From: Mobula hypostoma
Taxonomy: Eukaryota
Assembly: GCF_963921235.1 (NCBI RefSeq)
Contig: NC_086097.1
Coordinates: forward strand, 119,414,001 to 119,478,000
Reading direction: 5' to 3'
DNA length: 64,000 nucleotides
Shown here: positions 23,367 to 36,359 of the stretch, piece by piece
Layout: every line of letters starts with the position of its first letter
How positions within the stretch are numbered: position 1 is the first letter of the stretch
The notes under the pieces: generated by a model
Told to the model about the DNA's origin: nothing
Seen by the model: the letters and a program-made list of their open reading frames with translations, nothing else
Database searches by the model: none
Position numbers and translations under genes: made by a program

Positions 23367-24571
23367 GCAACACACATATAAGTTGCTGGTGAACGCAGCA
23401 GGCCAGGCAGCAGCTATAGGAAGAGGTACAGTCGACATTTCGGGCCGAGACCCTTCGTCAGGACTAACTGAAAGAAGAGCTAGTAAGAGATTTGAAAGTC
23501 CGGGGGGGGGGGGATCCGAAATGATAGGAGAAGACAGGAGGGGGAGGGATGGAGCCAAGAGCTGGACAGGTGATTGGCAAAAGGGATATGAGAGGATCAT
23601 GAGACAGGAGGCCTAGGGAGAAAGAAGAGAGGGAGGGGGGAACCAGGGGATGGGCAAGGGGGACAGAGGGAGAAAAAGGAGAGAGAGAAAAAGAATGTGT
23701 GTATATAAATAAATAATGGATGGGGTACGAGGGGGAGGTGGGACATTAGTGGAAGTTTGAGAAGTCAATGTTCATGTCATCAGGTTGGAGGCTACCCAGA
23801 CGGAATATAAGGTGTTGTTCCTCCAAACTGAGTGTGGCTTCATCTTTACAGTAGAGGAGGCCGTGGATAGACATATCAGAATGGGAATGCAACATGGAAT
23901 TAAAATGTGTGGCCACTGGGAGATCCTGCTTTCTCTGGCGGACAGAGCATAGGTGTTCAGCGAAACAATCTCCCAGTCTGCATCGGGTCTCACCAATATA
24001 TAGAAGGCCACATAGGGAGCACCGGACGCAGTATATCACCCCAGCCGACTCACAGGTGAAGTGTCGCCTCACCTGGAAGGACTGTCTGGGGCCCTGAATG
24101 ATAGTGAGGGAAGAAGTGTAAGGGCATGTGTAGCACTTGTTCCGCTTACAAGTGCCAGGAGGGAGATCGGTGGGAAGGGATGAGGGGGATGAATGGACAA
24201 GGGAATCACGTAGGTAGTGATCCCTGCGGAAAGCAGAAAGAGTAGGGGATGGAAAGATGTGCTTAGTGGTGGAATCCCGCTGGAGGTGGCAGAAGTTACG
24301 GAGAATTATATGTTGAACCCAGAGGCTGGTGGAATGGTAGGTGAGGACAAGGGGAACCCTATTCCTAGTGGGGTGGCAGGAGGATGGAGTGAGAGCAGAT
24401 GTGCATGAAATGGGGGAGATGCGTTTGACAGCAGAGTTGATGGCGGAGGAAGGGAAGCCCCTTTCTTTAAAAAAGGAGGACATCTCCTTCGTCCTGGAAT
24501 GAAAAGCCTCATCCTGAGAGCAGATGCGGTGGAGACGGAGGAATTGAGAGAAGGGGATGGCATTTTTAAAT
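23367..24571 (-). mobile_element. 5'-truncated Penelope (RT C-terminus plus GIY-YIG; hammerhead at 23430-23465)
   Basis: IPFSQFLRLHRICS, PLVLTYH, GVIYCVRC...LYIGET; 11-bp TSD ctatattttaa (23356-23366, 24572-24582). Confidence 0.93.
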
Positions 24572-26576
24572 CTATATTTTAAATCTGAATGTGAAATCTG
24601 AATTATAAGGAGGGGAAATAGAGTGATGACTAAGGTGACTGTTGGACTGAAGATGGGCGTAAGGTAGCAGGCAGGATATGCCAGGCAGGGAAAGGGAACA
24701 GGAATGCACTTGGGAAACAATAGCAGCTGAATGATAGATGGGAGCAGACAAAGAGAGACATAATCAAGTATGCCCGATGTTCATCCACTTATACTTCAGT
24801 GAATCTTGAATATCCCACACATACCACTCAAAGGGACTGTGTTTCATGATAAGCTCTTCATGGTGCTCGGACGTAGAGGTCTTGTCTCACATTTGTTCTC
24901 CTAAACTGGAACATCTGATGATTAAATGCCAATGGTTCTACTTCTAGAGAGAGTTCTCCGCTGTGATTCTGACCTCAGTTTACATACTGCCACAGGTAGA
25001 TGTCAAGATGGCGCTCGATGTATTATGTGCCTGATTAACAAACAATAAATGGCCTACCCTGATTCCACTCACACCCTTGTTGGAGTGTTCAATCAGGTTA
25101 GCTTGAAGAAATCTCTTACCAGCTAGCATCAGCATACCACCTGCAGCAGCAGGATCCCCAACACACTCAACTATTAGTACACTACCAACAGTAATGCCTA
25201 CTGTTCCACCCTTAGAATGCATTTTAGAAAATTTGATTATCTAACTGTCCACAAGTCAAACAGGTCATCAATAACAGGCAATTCAAAGAACTGCTAGTAG
25301 GACCAGAGAAAATCGCATGGAAGGCATTCAATGATGTTGTTAAAAATCTTCTTTGCAACTAAAGTGCACCAAACTATGTACAGCTAGTTGAAAGTATGGC
25401 TCCAGCCTACTGTTGGTCATTCATCAATAGAACTAGGTTAAGAAATTCACTTCTCATCTCATAATAAATTGAAGTTCACACTTTATTGTCTCTGCACAAA
25501 GAACAATGGAACTATGTTGACCCCAGGCCAACATTTGGAACATGAATTCTGCTGTTCCCCTTGTACCAGTACTCACTCAGGCAATTTGTCCAATTTATAA
25601 CACTGAAGCAGGTGATCTCCATTAACCAGATGATCGATCCTTTCTTCTCCCAGTCCCTGATCTGGGGATTCTTCCTTGCGATGGTGGGTCTCTTGAGGGG
25701 GTTAATGCTGATAGTACACTCAAACTGTACACTTTTATATTTGTTTCTTACCAATTCAAATATTGTATTCCAATGTCATTGGCTGTAGGTCATATGTCTG
25801 ATCTTTATCTCCATTTTATGGGCTCTGTTCCAGGCCAGCATCCACTTATTGCCCTCTACCCATCAAGTGACAATCGCTAATTTATGGCTCTTTGTTCTCT
25901 TCAGCAACCAGCTCGACTCACTCCAAGCAGGCACAAACTCCGACATTGACAAACCTGTATGTTATATCAAAGAGCACCTCACAAATAACTTCTTCTTTGG
26001 AAATGATCTCTTGTCCAGCAGATTACTGCAGCATCATTGTGTCTACTTCAAGACACAGAAAACCAAGCAGCTTCATCTCACAAAAAGGAGAACACAGTGT
26101 CTTCATAAATTGGCAGATTCGATTCCCAAGCACATGGCAGGAACAAAGACAATTGATCTGTCTGCTTTCACTGTCCTTGACCCATTCGAGTTCAACATTT
26201 TCTTCCATATTTTCAATCCATGGTCAACATTACAAAACTATGAAGCACAATATGTCACTAAAAATTTATTTTCTATGTTCCCATTTAGAGTTCTTTCCTG
26301 CAAATGTTGGCATCGTCAGTTGCAAGCTTGGAGAAGCGGAATCCCGAGGAAGAAACACTTTCAAAATATGTTGTTGACCAGTGTTCTTATTATGACTATT
26401 TGTTTCTTCTGAATTTGTGCTATGTGTGTTCACCTGCACATCGTCTGTTTTCATTTGCATAGTTCTTCATTAATTCTATTGTATTTCCTTGCATCTAGTG
26501 TGAATTCCCAAAAGAAAATGAATCACAAGTTAGTATATTGTGATATATATGTACTTTAATGGTAATTTACTTTGAA

Positions 26577-27138
26577 TATATAGGACCCTCTTCAGACCCC
26601 ACTTGGAGTATTGTGCTCAGTTCTGGTCACCTCACTACAGGAAGGATGTGGAAGCCATAGAAAGGGTGCAGAGGAGATTTACAAGGATGTTGCCTGGATT
26701 GGGGAGCATGCCTTATGAGAATAGATTGAGTGAACTCGGCCTTTTCTCTTTGGAGTGACAGAGGATGAGAGGTGACCTGACAGAGGTGTACAAGATTATG
26801 AGAGGCATTGATCGTGTGGATAGTCAGAGGCTTTTTCCCAGGGCTGAAATGGTTAGTACAAGAGGGCAGAGTTTTAATGTGCTTGGAAGTAGGTACAGAG
26901 GAGATGTCAGAGGTAAGTTTTTTACGCAGAGAGTGGTGAGTGTGTGGAATGGGCTGCCGGCAGCGGTGGTAGAGGTGGAAACGATAGGGTCTTTTATGAG
27001 ACTCCTTGACAGGTATATGGAGCTTAGAAAAATAGAGGGCTATGGGTAAGCTTAGGTCGTTCTAAGGTAGGGTTATGTTCGGCACAGCTTTGTAGGCCAA
27101 AGGGCTTGTATTGTGCTGTAGGTTTTCTATGTTTCTAT
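26577..27138 (+). mobile_element. CR1 3' fragment
   Basis: MRGDLTEVYKIMRGIDRVD...FTQRVV and tttctatgtttctatg tail. Confidence 0.9.
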
Positions 27139-28419
27139 GAACTTTGAACTTTAAGCATAAAATGAATTCGTGGTGCAAGGTATGTCAGTACATGGAGCCT
27201 CTGAAGCCAAATAATGGCCAGTTCTATTATCCTAAATGTTTTTTTGGGAACCATCACTTATTTCAAGTCAAGTTAATTTGATTGTCATGCCCAATACACT
27301 CGAGGTGAGTATCGTGAGGTACAGGTACAATTACAATCTTTCTGCAGCTGTATTACAGGTAAGTATAGACAACACACATCATATAAATTATGCCTGACAG
27401 GGAAGAGACAAAGATTGTGCCAAAGCAAGACCTCTTTGCTTTAGACACAATAAAGACACAAATCAAAGACAAGTCCATGATAACGCCATAAGTAATGCAT
27501 AACGTTTAATTGCAGAGGTAGTGTTAAGGTTGTGTGGATCAGTTCATGTAGACGTACGTACACCTTGTGTGAAATCTGTGACCCTATTGATTTAAAGAAG
27601 ACTTCTTAGTAGAAGATAAATGGAAATACATTTGTTTAAATTTTTAATTATTTAATCAAAAAATCATATGTTTCAGCTACTATAGTTACTTATTTCAAGT
27701 TAATAGGGTTTTAAAGTCAGGGATATTTTAAAAGCATGAAGTGCCTCACAGCTTTGACAGAAGAGAAGGCTGTACCTCCAGCTATGCCCTCTGTCAGACA
27801 CTACTGTAATATTCAGTAGTCAGCACCATTGTACAAACACTGCCCAAGGTCTAGTCAGTATCTGGAACACACTTCTGTGCGCAAGGACGTGGAGAAATCA
27901 TACTATCACTTCTTAGCACTAGCCCCGGGTAAGACTAGACACGTAGAGGTTGTGAGCAGCAAGATTGGGCAACGGGCCAAATGAGGCACGACACAGGCAC
28001 TTTAAATATTCACACAACAGCTGTACACTTTCAAGCTCGCGGATAAATCTAAGTGATAGGCTGGTGGAAACTCTGCACTAATAACAACACAATTTATCTT
28101 CCTGATTAATAATTCATTCATGAAAATACATTCCCTGAAATAACATTTGATATGGACTCGCATCCCAATGATTTCATTTGCAGGCTGTTAATTATGAAGT
28201 AAAACAGATGATCTCATGTTTTTTTATTGAAGTCAGAAACCCAAAGACAAATCCTTTGGAGGAATGCAGATGCCAAGAATAATACTAATACTTCATAGAT
28301 AAAACTTTCACAGATTTTTTGGGTGAGTATAATAAGAGCATAATAGTACAAGTATTTTGCACAATTTATTATGGTCTTCATTTTTTGATATTTGTTTTAA
28401 CATCTAGAATTAACTAATT

Positions 28420-28705
28420 TTTATTTATTTATTGAGATATAGCATGGAATAGGTACTTCTGGCCCTTTAGGCTATGCTGCTAGGCAACCCCCTGATTTAG
28501 TCCGAGCCTCATCCAGGACAATTTATAATGACCAATCAACCTATCAACCTGTACGTCTTTGGATTGTGGGAGGAAACTGAAGCACCCGACAGAAACCTAC
28601 ATGGTCACAGGGCGAACGTGCAGACTTCCTACAGACATCGGCAGGAATTGAACCCAGATCACGGCACTGTAAAGCATGGTGCTAAGCGCTACACTACCAT
28701 ACCAC
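28420..28705 (-). mobile_element. V-SINE/HE1-like SINE
   Basis: tgtgggaggaaactgaagcacccgacagaaacc central domain, B-box-like gggttcaattcc, CR1-like tail. Confidence 0.7.
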
Positions 28706-31700
28706 CCCAATTTTCACACAAACTAATATTTGTTCAGACTGGTGGCGTTGCTGGGGTAATCATTCAATGTGTGAAGAGGGCCTGTTAGAGCTATCAAGTA
28801 TTTCTAGTGATAAACCTGCTTGGACTTTATTCTCTTCTGGCATTTCTGAATTACGAAAGCAGCTATTTTACTGTGCAATTGTTGGACCATTTAGAAATCA
28901 GAAAGTTTCATTTCAAACTGTCATTCTTAGCAGCTGCCAGGAAGGCTAAACTTTAATCCCTGTCCATCTGCATATGAGTTGAACCCAATACCAAGGAGGA
29001 GAAAGGAGCAAGATGAAATGACCATTTCCCATAAATCATTTTAAAATGCTAAATATGTTCAATGCTGAGAACTGTGAACATAAACATTAACATACTAGAA
29101 TAACAATGTGGTGAAGAGCAAAGATAAATCTAATTAAAATTCTCCAATATTGTTCAATGCAAGTTCATTATAATTGATGGTGCAGTTGTTAATATGGATA
29201 TTATTTATCGTGAATAGTCAGACCAGCCATTGTCATAATTACCCTGTGTTAATTATCTCACCACAGGATGCAACTTTGAAGTGTTTGATTATGAATGCCA
29301 TGCTTAATATTATGCTCGAGTATTCAAGTGATAAACTTACTGGTAACAGGGCAGATGTGTTTATTCATACATCTGGCAACGGGCTGCCGGGCCAACAGCC
29401 TGGAATGCGTAACTACAAAGTCCCTTCCAGGTCTGTTATGATGTATAAAAATACTTGAACCATCAAATCAGTTACACTTTGCAAGTCTGGAGATAACTGT
29501 GGCGAGAGGGAGAGAGGTTGATGGAATCCCCAAAAGTAGACCTATTTTGTGTACTTTCTTATGCGTAAATTGTGCATAAGAATACTTTGCAGTTATGTAA
29601 ACAGTTTGATCCCATATCTGTTTGAAATCCGAGCCGTCATGAAATTGAACCGGGGACTGATTCATTCTCAAGTGAGTGTTATTTCTCGACCATCATTCCA
29701 AAACAAAATTACTTTGTTCAGGTGCAGAATGTTCATTTCAGCCTTGCTGGCAGAAGTTGTATTAAGGAAGTGATATCTAAAGCCTGTGATTTTTCTCAAA
29801 TTAAAATAAGGATGAATCCTTATTTTAATTTGAATACTCAAAGGACAAAACATACCCACCCAAAAGTGATTCTTTACCTCAACTTACTAATCGTCCTTGA
29901 ATTAATGAGTCCGTATTGGAGATTACTGCTTTGCTCTGTTGAGCATTCACTCCTCTCCTCGTGTTAGAAGTAATTTTTTTCAGTTAGAGTGTTTACACAA
30001 GTTTTTTGTTGCTACAGAGATCAATATTATAATCTCTGCTTCAGAATCCACATATCACAGTGGTTTGGGATCCACTCATGGCATTGAAGTTAGTCAATAG
30101 CTAGAATGGTGGAGGGTTTGTGATGTTTGGGCTGCGCTAGTCTGGTCATACACACAAAAGAGATGTTTCTCATTTCAAACACCCTCCCCCCTCCGCCATT
30201 TTCCCATACCTCCATGCAGCCCTGTATGTGGCTATAATAGTGAATGTACAGCACTTAACCATATAACCATATAACAATTACAGCACGGAAACAGGTTTTT
30301 AGACACAGCAGTGGAAATTGAATCCCGATCGGTGATCACTGGTAACGCAAAGTGCTATTACACTAACTGCTACACTGCCGTGCCATCATAAAAGTAGGTG
30401 ACATCACGATTGAAACTGTAGTTTATTGTTATCTTTGTATCGAACATTGCATCAGAAGAGTGAGATTCTTTTGAAGTCTCCTGGACTCACTCGCTCACGG
30501 AGGTTTGTTATGTGAATTAAGACACCGTATATTTCCCAGTGACACCTACTGTGTTGTTTTGTTCACAACAAGCCACATCTTTCCAGCAATCAGTGAGGCA
30601 ATAGCATAGTAGTAGCAAGTTGTTGCCATTGGAAAATGCTTCAATGGGAGAAAAGGATACAAATCACGATAATCAACTTTTAATGACAATATTCAACCAT
30701 GTGGCACTGTAAGACATAGGAGCCTATTAGCCTATTCAGCCCGTCGAGTCTGTTCCATCATTCCATTGTAGTAGACTTACTATTCCTCTCAAAGCCATAC
30801 TCCTGGCTCGACTCCATAACCTTTGACGTCCTTACTACTCAAGAACCTGTTAACCTCCACTTTAAATATATCCAGTTCCTCATATGTTAAACCTTTCATT
30901 CTCTGGACCCTCTTCAATGTCAGCACATCCTTTCTTACTTAAGTGCCCAAAACTGCTCACAATACTCCAAGTAAGGTCTGATCAATGTCTTGTAAAGTAT
31001 CAGTTTTATCCTCTCAGTGGCTGTTCTATTAGGTAAATGTGTACAAAGTTCTATCTTCAGGCTCTGTTGGTTATTGACGTAAGTGACACATTTCATTGTA
31101 TGTTTCAGTGTACATGTGACAAATAAAACTAATCTGTAATTTTTAAGCTAATTGCTTAAGGGATATTTGACCACAACATTGCAGTACATGGTTAAAAATG
31201 AGCTACTTGGTACTGCTTCAGTACTCATGGCTACAAATTTCAGCAGCAGCTGAGTCCTTGGATCACTGCTGCAGTTTTTTCCTTGCATGCTGTAGAATAT
31301 GAAGAGGAAATTAGACTATCCATGACCTGAATCAGTTCTGCAGACTCGGGGATGAGAGGGAACTGCCGATCAAGCCCAATCAGGATTTAGAGCAGGGAAG
31401 ATTTTAGCCTTTGCAAATTCAAGGTAGGCCGGGGGAAAGGCTGAGTGGAGAATGAGGTCTTCATCAACAGTTCATAAGTTTAGTAATAGAAAGATCAGAT
31501 GATTTAGGGACTAGGGATATGGCATATCTGTCTGGGAGCATTTAGAGCAGTGGATCCCAACTTTTTTTATACCATGGACCAACAAGCAAGGAGTCTGTAG
31601 ACCCCAGGTCGGCAATCCCTGATTTAAAGGTTTGGAGGATCAATGTATAGTGGAATTTCAATATTTGGATTGAGCTGAATGGACCTCCAGTCTATCCCTG

Positions 31701-33278
31701 ATCAATGCAGGCATGGTTGTTTTAGAGTGAAAGTTGCCTGGCCACTCCTCAAATATTCTAAAATAATTTCCCCAATGACACTGATCTAACTTTTATGCAA
31801 AATAATACATGTGAGTCTCACTAAGAAATGCCTATTGAATTCCTAGGGTGATGCAAAATGGTCTTGAAATAGTTCTAGCTGTGTACCACTCTGAGAATAA
31901 GAAGAGGACACCCTTCTCGTAGCCCATACCATTAAACAAATTCTAAATTAATATATTAATATATTTATTTGCACATTGATTGTTTGTCAATCTTTGCTTA
32001 TGTGTAGTTTCTCATAAATTCTATTGTATTTCCTTATTTTCCTGTAACTGCCTGTACAAAAACAAATCCAATGTAATATAAGGTGAATTATACGCATTTT
32101 GATAGGAAATTTACAATGACTTTGATTTAGGTGTCAGATTAGAATTATATTTACACTGGATTGGTTAAGGACTTTCTTAACGCATTTGGGTTTCTAACCA
32201 TAATTTTTCTATTTCCATATTTGTGCTTTAAACTAAAATCACATTCACAATATGTCCCAAGATGATTTAAACTCAATTTTCTGGGGTTTACTTCTGTAAT
32301 ATGGTTGCTATGTGACTATGCAACGTGTTGCAACAAATAACCCCACAGTTTTCTGAAAAACATTTATAGAGCAACTGCAGCACCGAAAGAGGCCATTCAG
32401 TCCATCTAGTGCATACCGAAATAATATTCTGCCTTGTCCCATTTCAGTTAAAGAAATTACACGTAAAACTTGCTTTTATTAACAGCTGATTCCATGCATT
32501 ACAATGGTGAGAAGTGTCTCGGAGAGAGTTGGATGTTTTAGGAAATTTTCTTCTTGTTTGCTATTTTAGTATTTTGAATGTTCCTATGATTGTTTATAAA
32601 CACATAATATTTTAAAACTTCCATATTTATCTTAATTAATTTTTAATGGTGTTGAGTTTACACAGACAGCAAGATGCCCTAATTTGCTACCCTCTAGCCA
32701 TTCACATACTCAAATCAAAATATCCAGCTGCAGATTGGTCCATGAAGCCAGCGCAGACTTTATCACCAATGCTCTGAAGTAAGATAGGGGACACACTGAC
32801 ACACATAATATGTCCAGCAACTAGGGTTCAATCCTGATCTGAGGGATTTGTGCAGTTTGAACGTTATCTCTGAAACTATGCAGGTTTCCACTGAATACCC
32901 CAGTTTCCTCTCTCTTCCCACACAGATATGCAGGTCGAATGGTTAACTGGCAACGGTAAGTTATCAGCAACACAGAACAATCTGGATGAACTCAGCTGCA
33001 TTAGGCAGTGACAATGAAGAAAATGAACAGTCGCTGTTTTGAGTTTAAACCTTTCAAAAACAAAGCCAAAATAAATTTATAATCAAGTAGGTACTGTATA
33101 TGCCACCATATACTACCCTGAAATTCATTTTACTTGCAGGCATTACAGGAAAATAAAATACGTAGAGTTTATGAAAACTATACATAAACAAATACAGACA
33201 AATTATGCAAAAAAACAAAATAATGCTGAGAACATGAATTGTAGGGTCCTTGAAAGAGAGACTGTATGTTAGGAATTA

Positions 33279-33436
33279 CACACAGAAAATGCTGGAGGAA
33301 CTCAGCAGGCCAGGCAGCCTTTGTGGAAAAAAGTACAGTCAACATTTCGGGCTGAAACCCTTCAGCAGGACTGAAGGAAAAAAACACTTTGTGTGTATTG
33401 CTCGGATTGCCAGCATCTGCAGATTTTCTCTTATTT
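33279..33436. mobile_element. Older mini Penelope: inverted hammerhead arm plus forward tail
   Basis: Degenerate hammerhead at 33337-33372 (minus), ccagcatctgcag tail, duplicated ggaatta flanks. Confidence 0.65.
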
Positions 33437-34867
33437 GTTGTGGAATTAGTTCAGAGTTGAGGTGAGGGAATTTATTCATCGGGACTGGGGAGAGAGCAGG
33501 TATGGAAAGGTTGGGATAAAAGGGTGGAGCAAGATCTGGTGGCTGATGGGTGAATCCAGGTGGGGGGTGATAGTGAAAGAGGAGAGTGGGAATGGTGTAC
33601 AGAACTGGGAAGTGTTATGTGGAAGTGACAAAGGGCTGAATAAGATGGAGTGGGCAGTTGACCATGGAATAAAAGGAGAAAGATAAGGAGGTGAACCAGA
33701 GGATGCAGTGCATGTTTGATGTGGAGATCAAGACAGCAAAGTAGGAAAAAGGGAAGGGCTGATGGGGCAAGTGAGATAAAGGAATAAAAAGGAAGGAAGA
33801 TGGGTGATTACTGGAAGACAGGGAAACTTGCCTTGACTGATTGAGGCCATTGCGTCAAAAGGCTTCTTCTCCATTCAGTCTATATATGGCCTCACTTTCA
33901 AGGGACATGAACGCAAAGGTTCCTCTGTTCGACAACACTGCCCAGGACTGTATTGTGTAGGTAAGTGCTAGAATCTGGGTAAATTGATCAGAAAATGGGA
34001 GTATAAAATGGAATTAGAGTAGGATTAATGTAAAAAGATGGTTGATGGCCAGCACAGAATTGGTAGGCGAGGGCCTGTTACTGTGTAGTATTACTTGGTG
34101 AATGCATGAGTGTACGATTCACAGTTTGACAGCTGGTATGCCTGAGGCATGGCAGAGCTGAAAAATTTATTCTAGTGAAATGTGGCCCTGGTGGATAGAG
34201 TAGCTAACAGACATGAGCAGTCGGGCACTCTCAGAAAGGCTAGACCAATGTTTCAAATAACTTAAGTATTGACAAAGCTTATGTGTCATCTTCCCTATTA
34301 CATATCAATTGTGTTTAATGCTGACTGACCCATGTCAATCAACATTAATCACAACTGACATCTGACAGTAAATATGGAGGCCTCTGAAAGCAGAAAGGTT
34401 TCCATGAATCATTTAGTTCTAAATGTTTCTCTTCAATGCTGGAGAATTCGGAATCATCCTTCTTCCGTTCAAAAGACTTTCTCTGGGTATTCACGCTCTC
34501 TTTCAGAGAGATAATATGCCACTTTAAATTACTAGCATTCAAGCAATGTGACTGAATATGTGTTAGAATGATCACAGGCACCGCACATACTAAATGTTTT
34601 TGGACTTCTGTTGATAAAGCTAAACCTCTATAAATGCTCAGTTTTATTGACAGCTGCAAAAAAAAAGTGCCGACTGAACTTGGAGCTCAACTGGATTCCA
34701 GTTGTCAGCACTGCTGGATGTGCTGTAAATCTGTCTCATGTAGTGCAAAGATATTTGTCACCTTCTGGAGATGTTCAGAATGAGAAGAAGAGGTAAGTTA
34801 TGCTGTGGTTACCCTCACTAATATCATCATGGATACACACACTCAATTGGGAGATTTACAAGGACAG

Positions 34868-35740
34868 ATTGAATTGAATTGACTTTATTACTTACATCTT
34901 TCACATACATGAGGAGTAAAAATCTTTACGTTATGTCTCCATCTAAATGTGCAATGTGCAATTTACAGTGATTTGTAATAAATAGTGTGTACAACAGGAC
35001 AGTCAATATAGCATAGAAATGCAATTGTGTCAGCGTGAAGTAATCAGTCTAATAGCCTGGTGGAAGAAGCTGTCCTGGAGCCTGTTGGCCCTGGCTTTTA
35101 TGCTGCAGTATCGTTTCCCAGATGATAGCAGCTGGAACAGTTCGTCTTTTGGGTGACTTGGGTCCCCAGTGATCCTACAGGTCCTTTTTACACACCTGTC
35201 TTTGTAAACATCCTGATTAGTGGGAGGTTCACATCTACAGATGCTCTGAGCTGTCCGCACCACTCACTGCAGAGTCCTGCGATTGAGGGAAGTACAGTTC
35301 CCATACCGGGCAGTGATTCAGCCTGTCAGGATGCTCTCAATTGTGCCCCTGTAGAAAGTCCTTAGGATTTTGAGACCCATACCAAACTTCTTCAACCATC
35401 TGAGGTGAAAGAGGCGCTGTTGTGCTTTTTGCACCACACAGCCAGTATGTACAGACCACGTGAAGTCCTTGGTGATGTGTATGCCGAGGAACTTAAAGCT
35501 GTTCACCCTCTCAACCCCAGATCCATTGATGTCAATAGGGGTTCACCAGTCTCCATTCCTCCTGTAGTCCACAACCTGCTCCTTTGCTTTTGCAACATTG
35601 AGGGAGAGGTTGTTTTCTTGATACCACCGTGTCAGAGTGATGTCTTCTTCTCCATTGGCTGCCTCGTTATTATTTGAGATTAGGCCAATTAACATAGTAT
35701 CGTCAACAGCTTTAATTAGCAGATTGGAGCTGTGAGTGGA
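34868..35740 (-). mobile_element. Rex1/Babar LINE 3' part
   Basis: FKFLGIHITKD...KAQQRLFHLR...FYRGTIESIL and (CAATT)n tail. Confidence 0.88.
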
Positions 35741-35744
35741 TCAA

Positions 35745-36325
35745 GTAGGGACATTTTGTTCCAGTTAGTTAAGTCATTGACAAGGCCACATTTAAATTCT
35801 TGTATACAGTTTTGGTCACCCTGTTAAGGAAACAACATTGTCAATCCTGAGAGAGTACAGAGTCGATTTGCGAGGATACTACCTGGACTAAAGGCTCTGA
35901 GGTACAGGGAGAGGGGGCCATGCTGGATCTTTATACCCTGGACCACAGGAGAATGAGGGGTGACCTCACTGACGTTGGTAAAATCCTAAGGGATATGGAT
36001 AAGGTGGCTGGTCAGAATCTTTCCCCCTAGGCTGCAGTGTTCCTGACTAAAAGGCACAGACATAATATAAAAGGGGAAAGATTTAAAAGAGACGTGAGCA
36101 GTAATTTTGCTTTGCAGAACAAGCAAGTACCTGCAATGTGCTACTAGAGGAAGCTGTCGAGGCAGGTACAATCATAGCATTTACGAGACATCTGGATAGT
36201 TACATAGAGGGGAGGGTCTTGAAGGGTTATAAGTCAACCGCAGGCAACTAAGACTAGCAGGGAGGGTGCTGTTGTTGCCATGGACCAGTTGGATCAATGG
36301 GCCTTGTTCCATGCTGTATTACTTT
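35745..36325 (+). mobile_element. Old CR1 3' fragment
   Basis: Degenerate RPHL...QFWSP and MRGDL motifs. Confidence 0.7.
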
Positions 36326-36359
36326 GTGAATTTCTGCCTGTTAGTTGTCTTAGTATTAA

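Noticed and set aside
23746..24720. 324-aa gene
   Set aside because: A 5'-truncated Penelope ORF read through from flanking DNA beyond the TSD at 24572.
29593..29670. Piezo-like exon (IPYLFEIRAVM resembles PFLxELRAVM)
   Set aside because: The similarity stops before the conserved DW motif and no other Piezo-like exon is present; probably chance.
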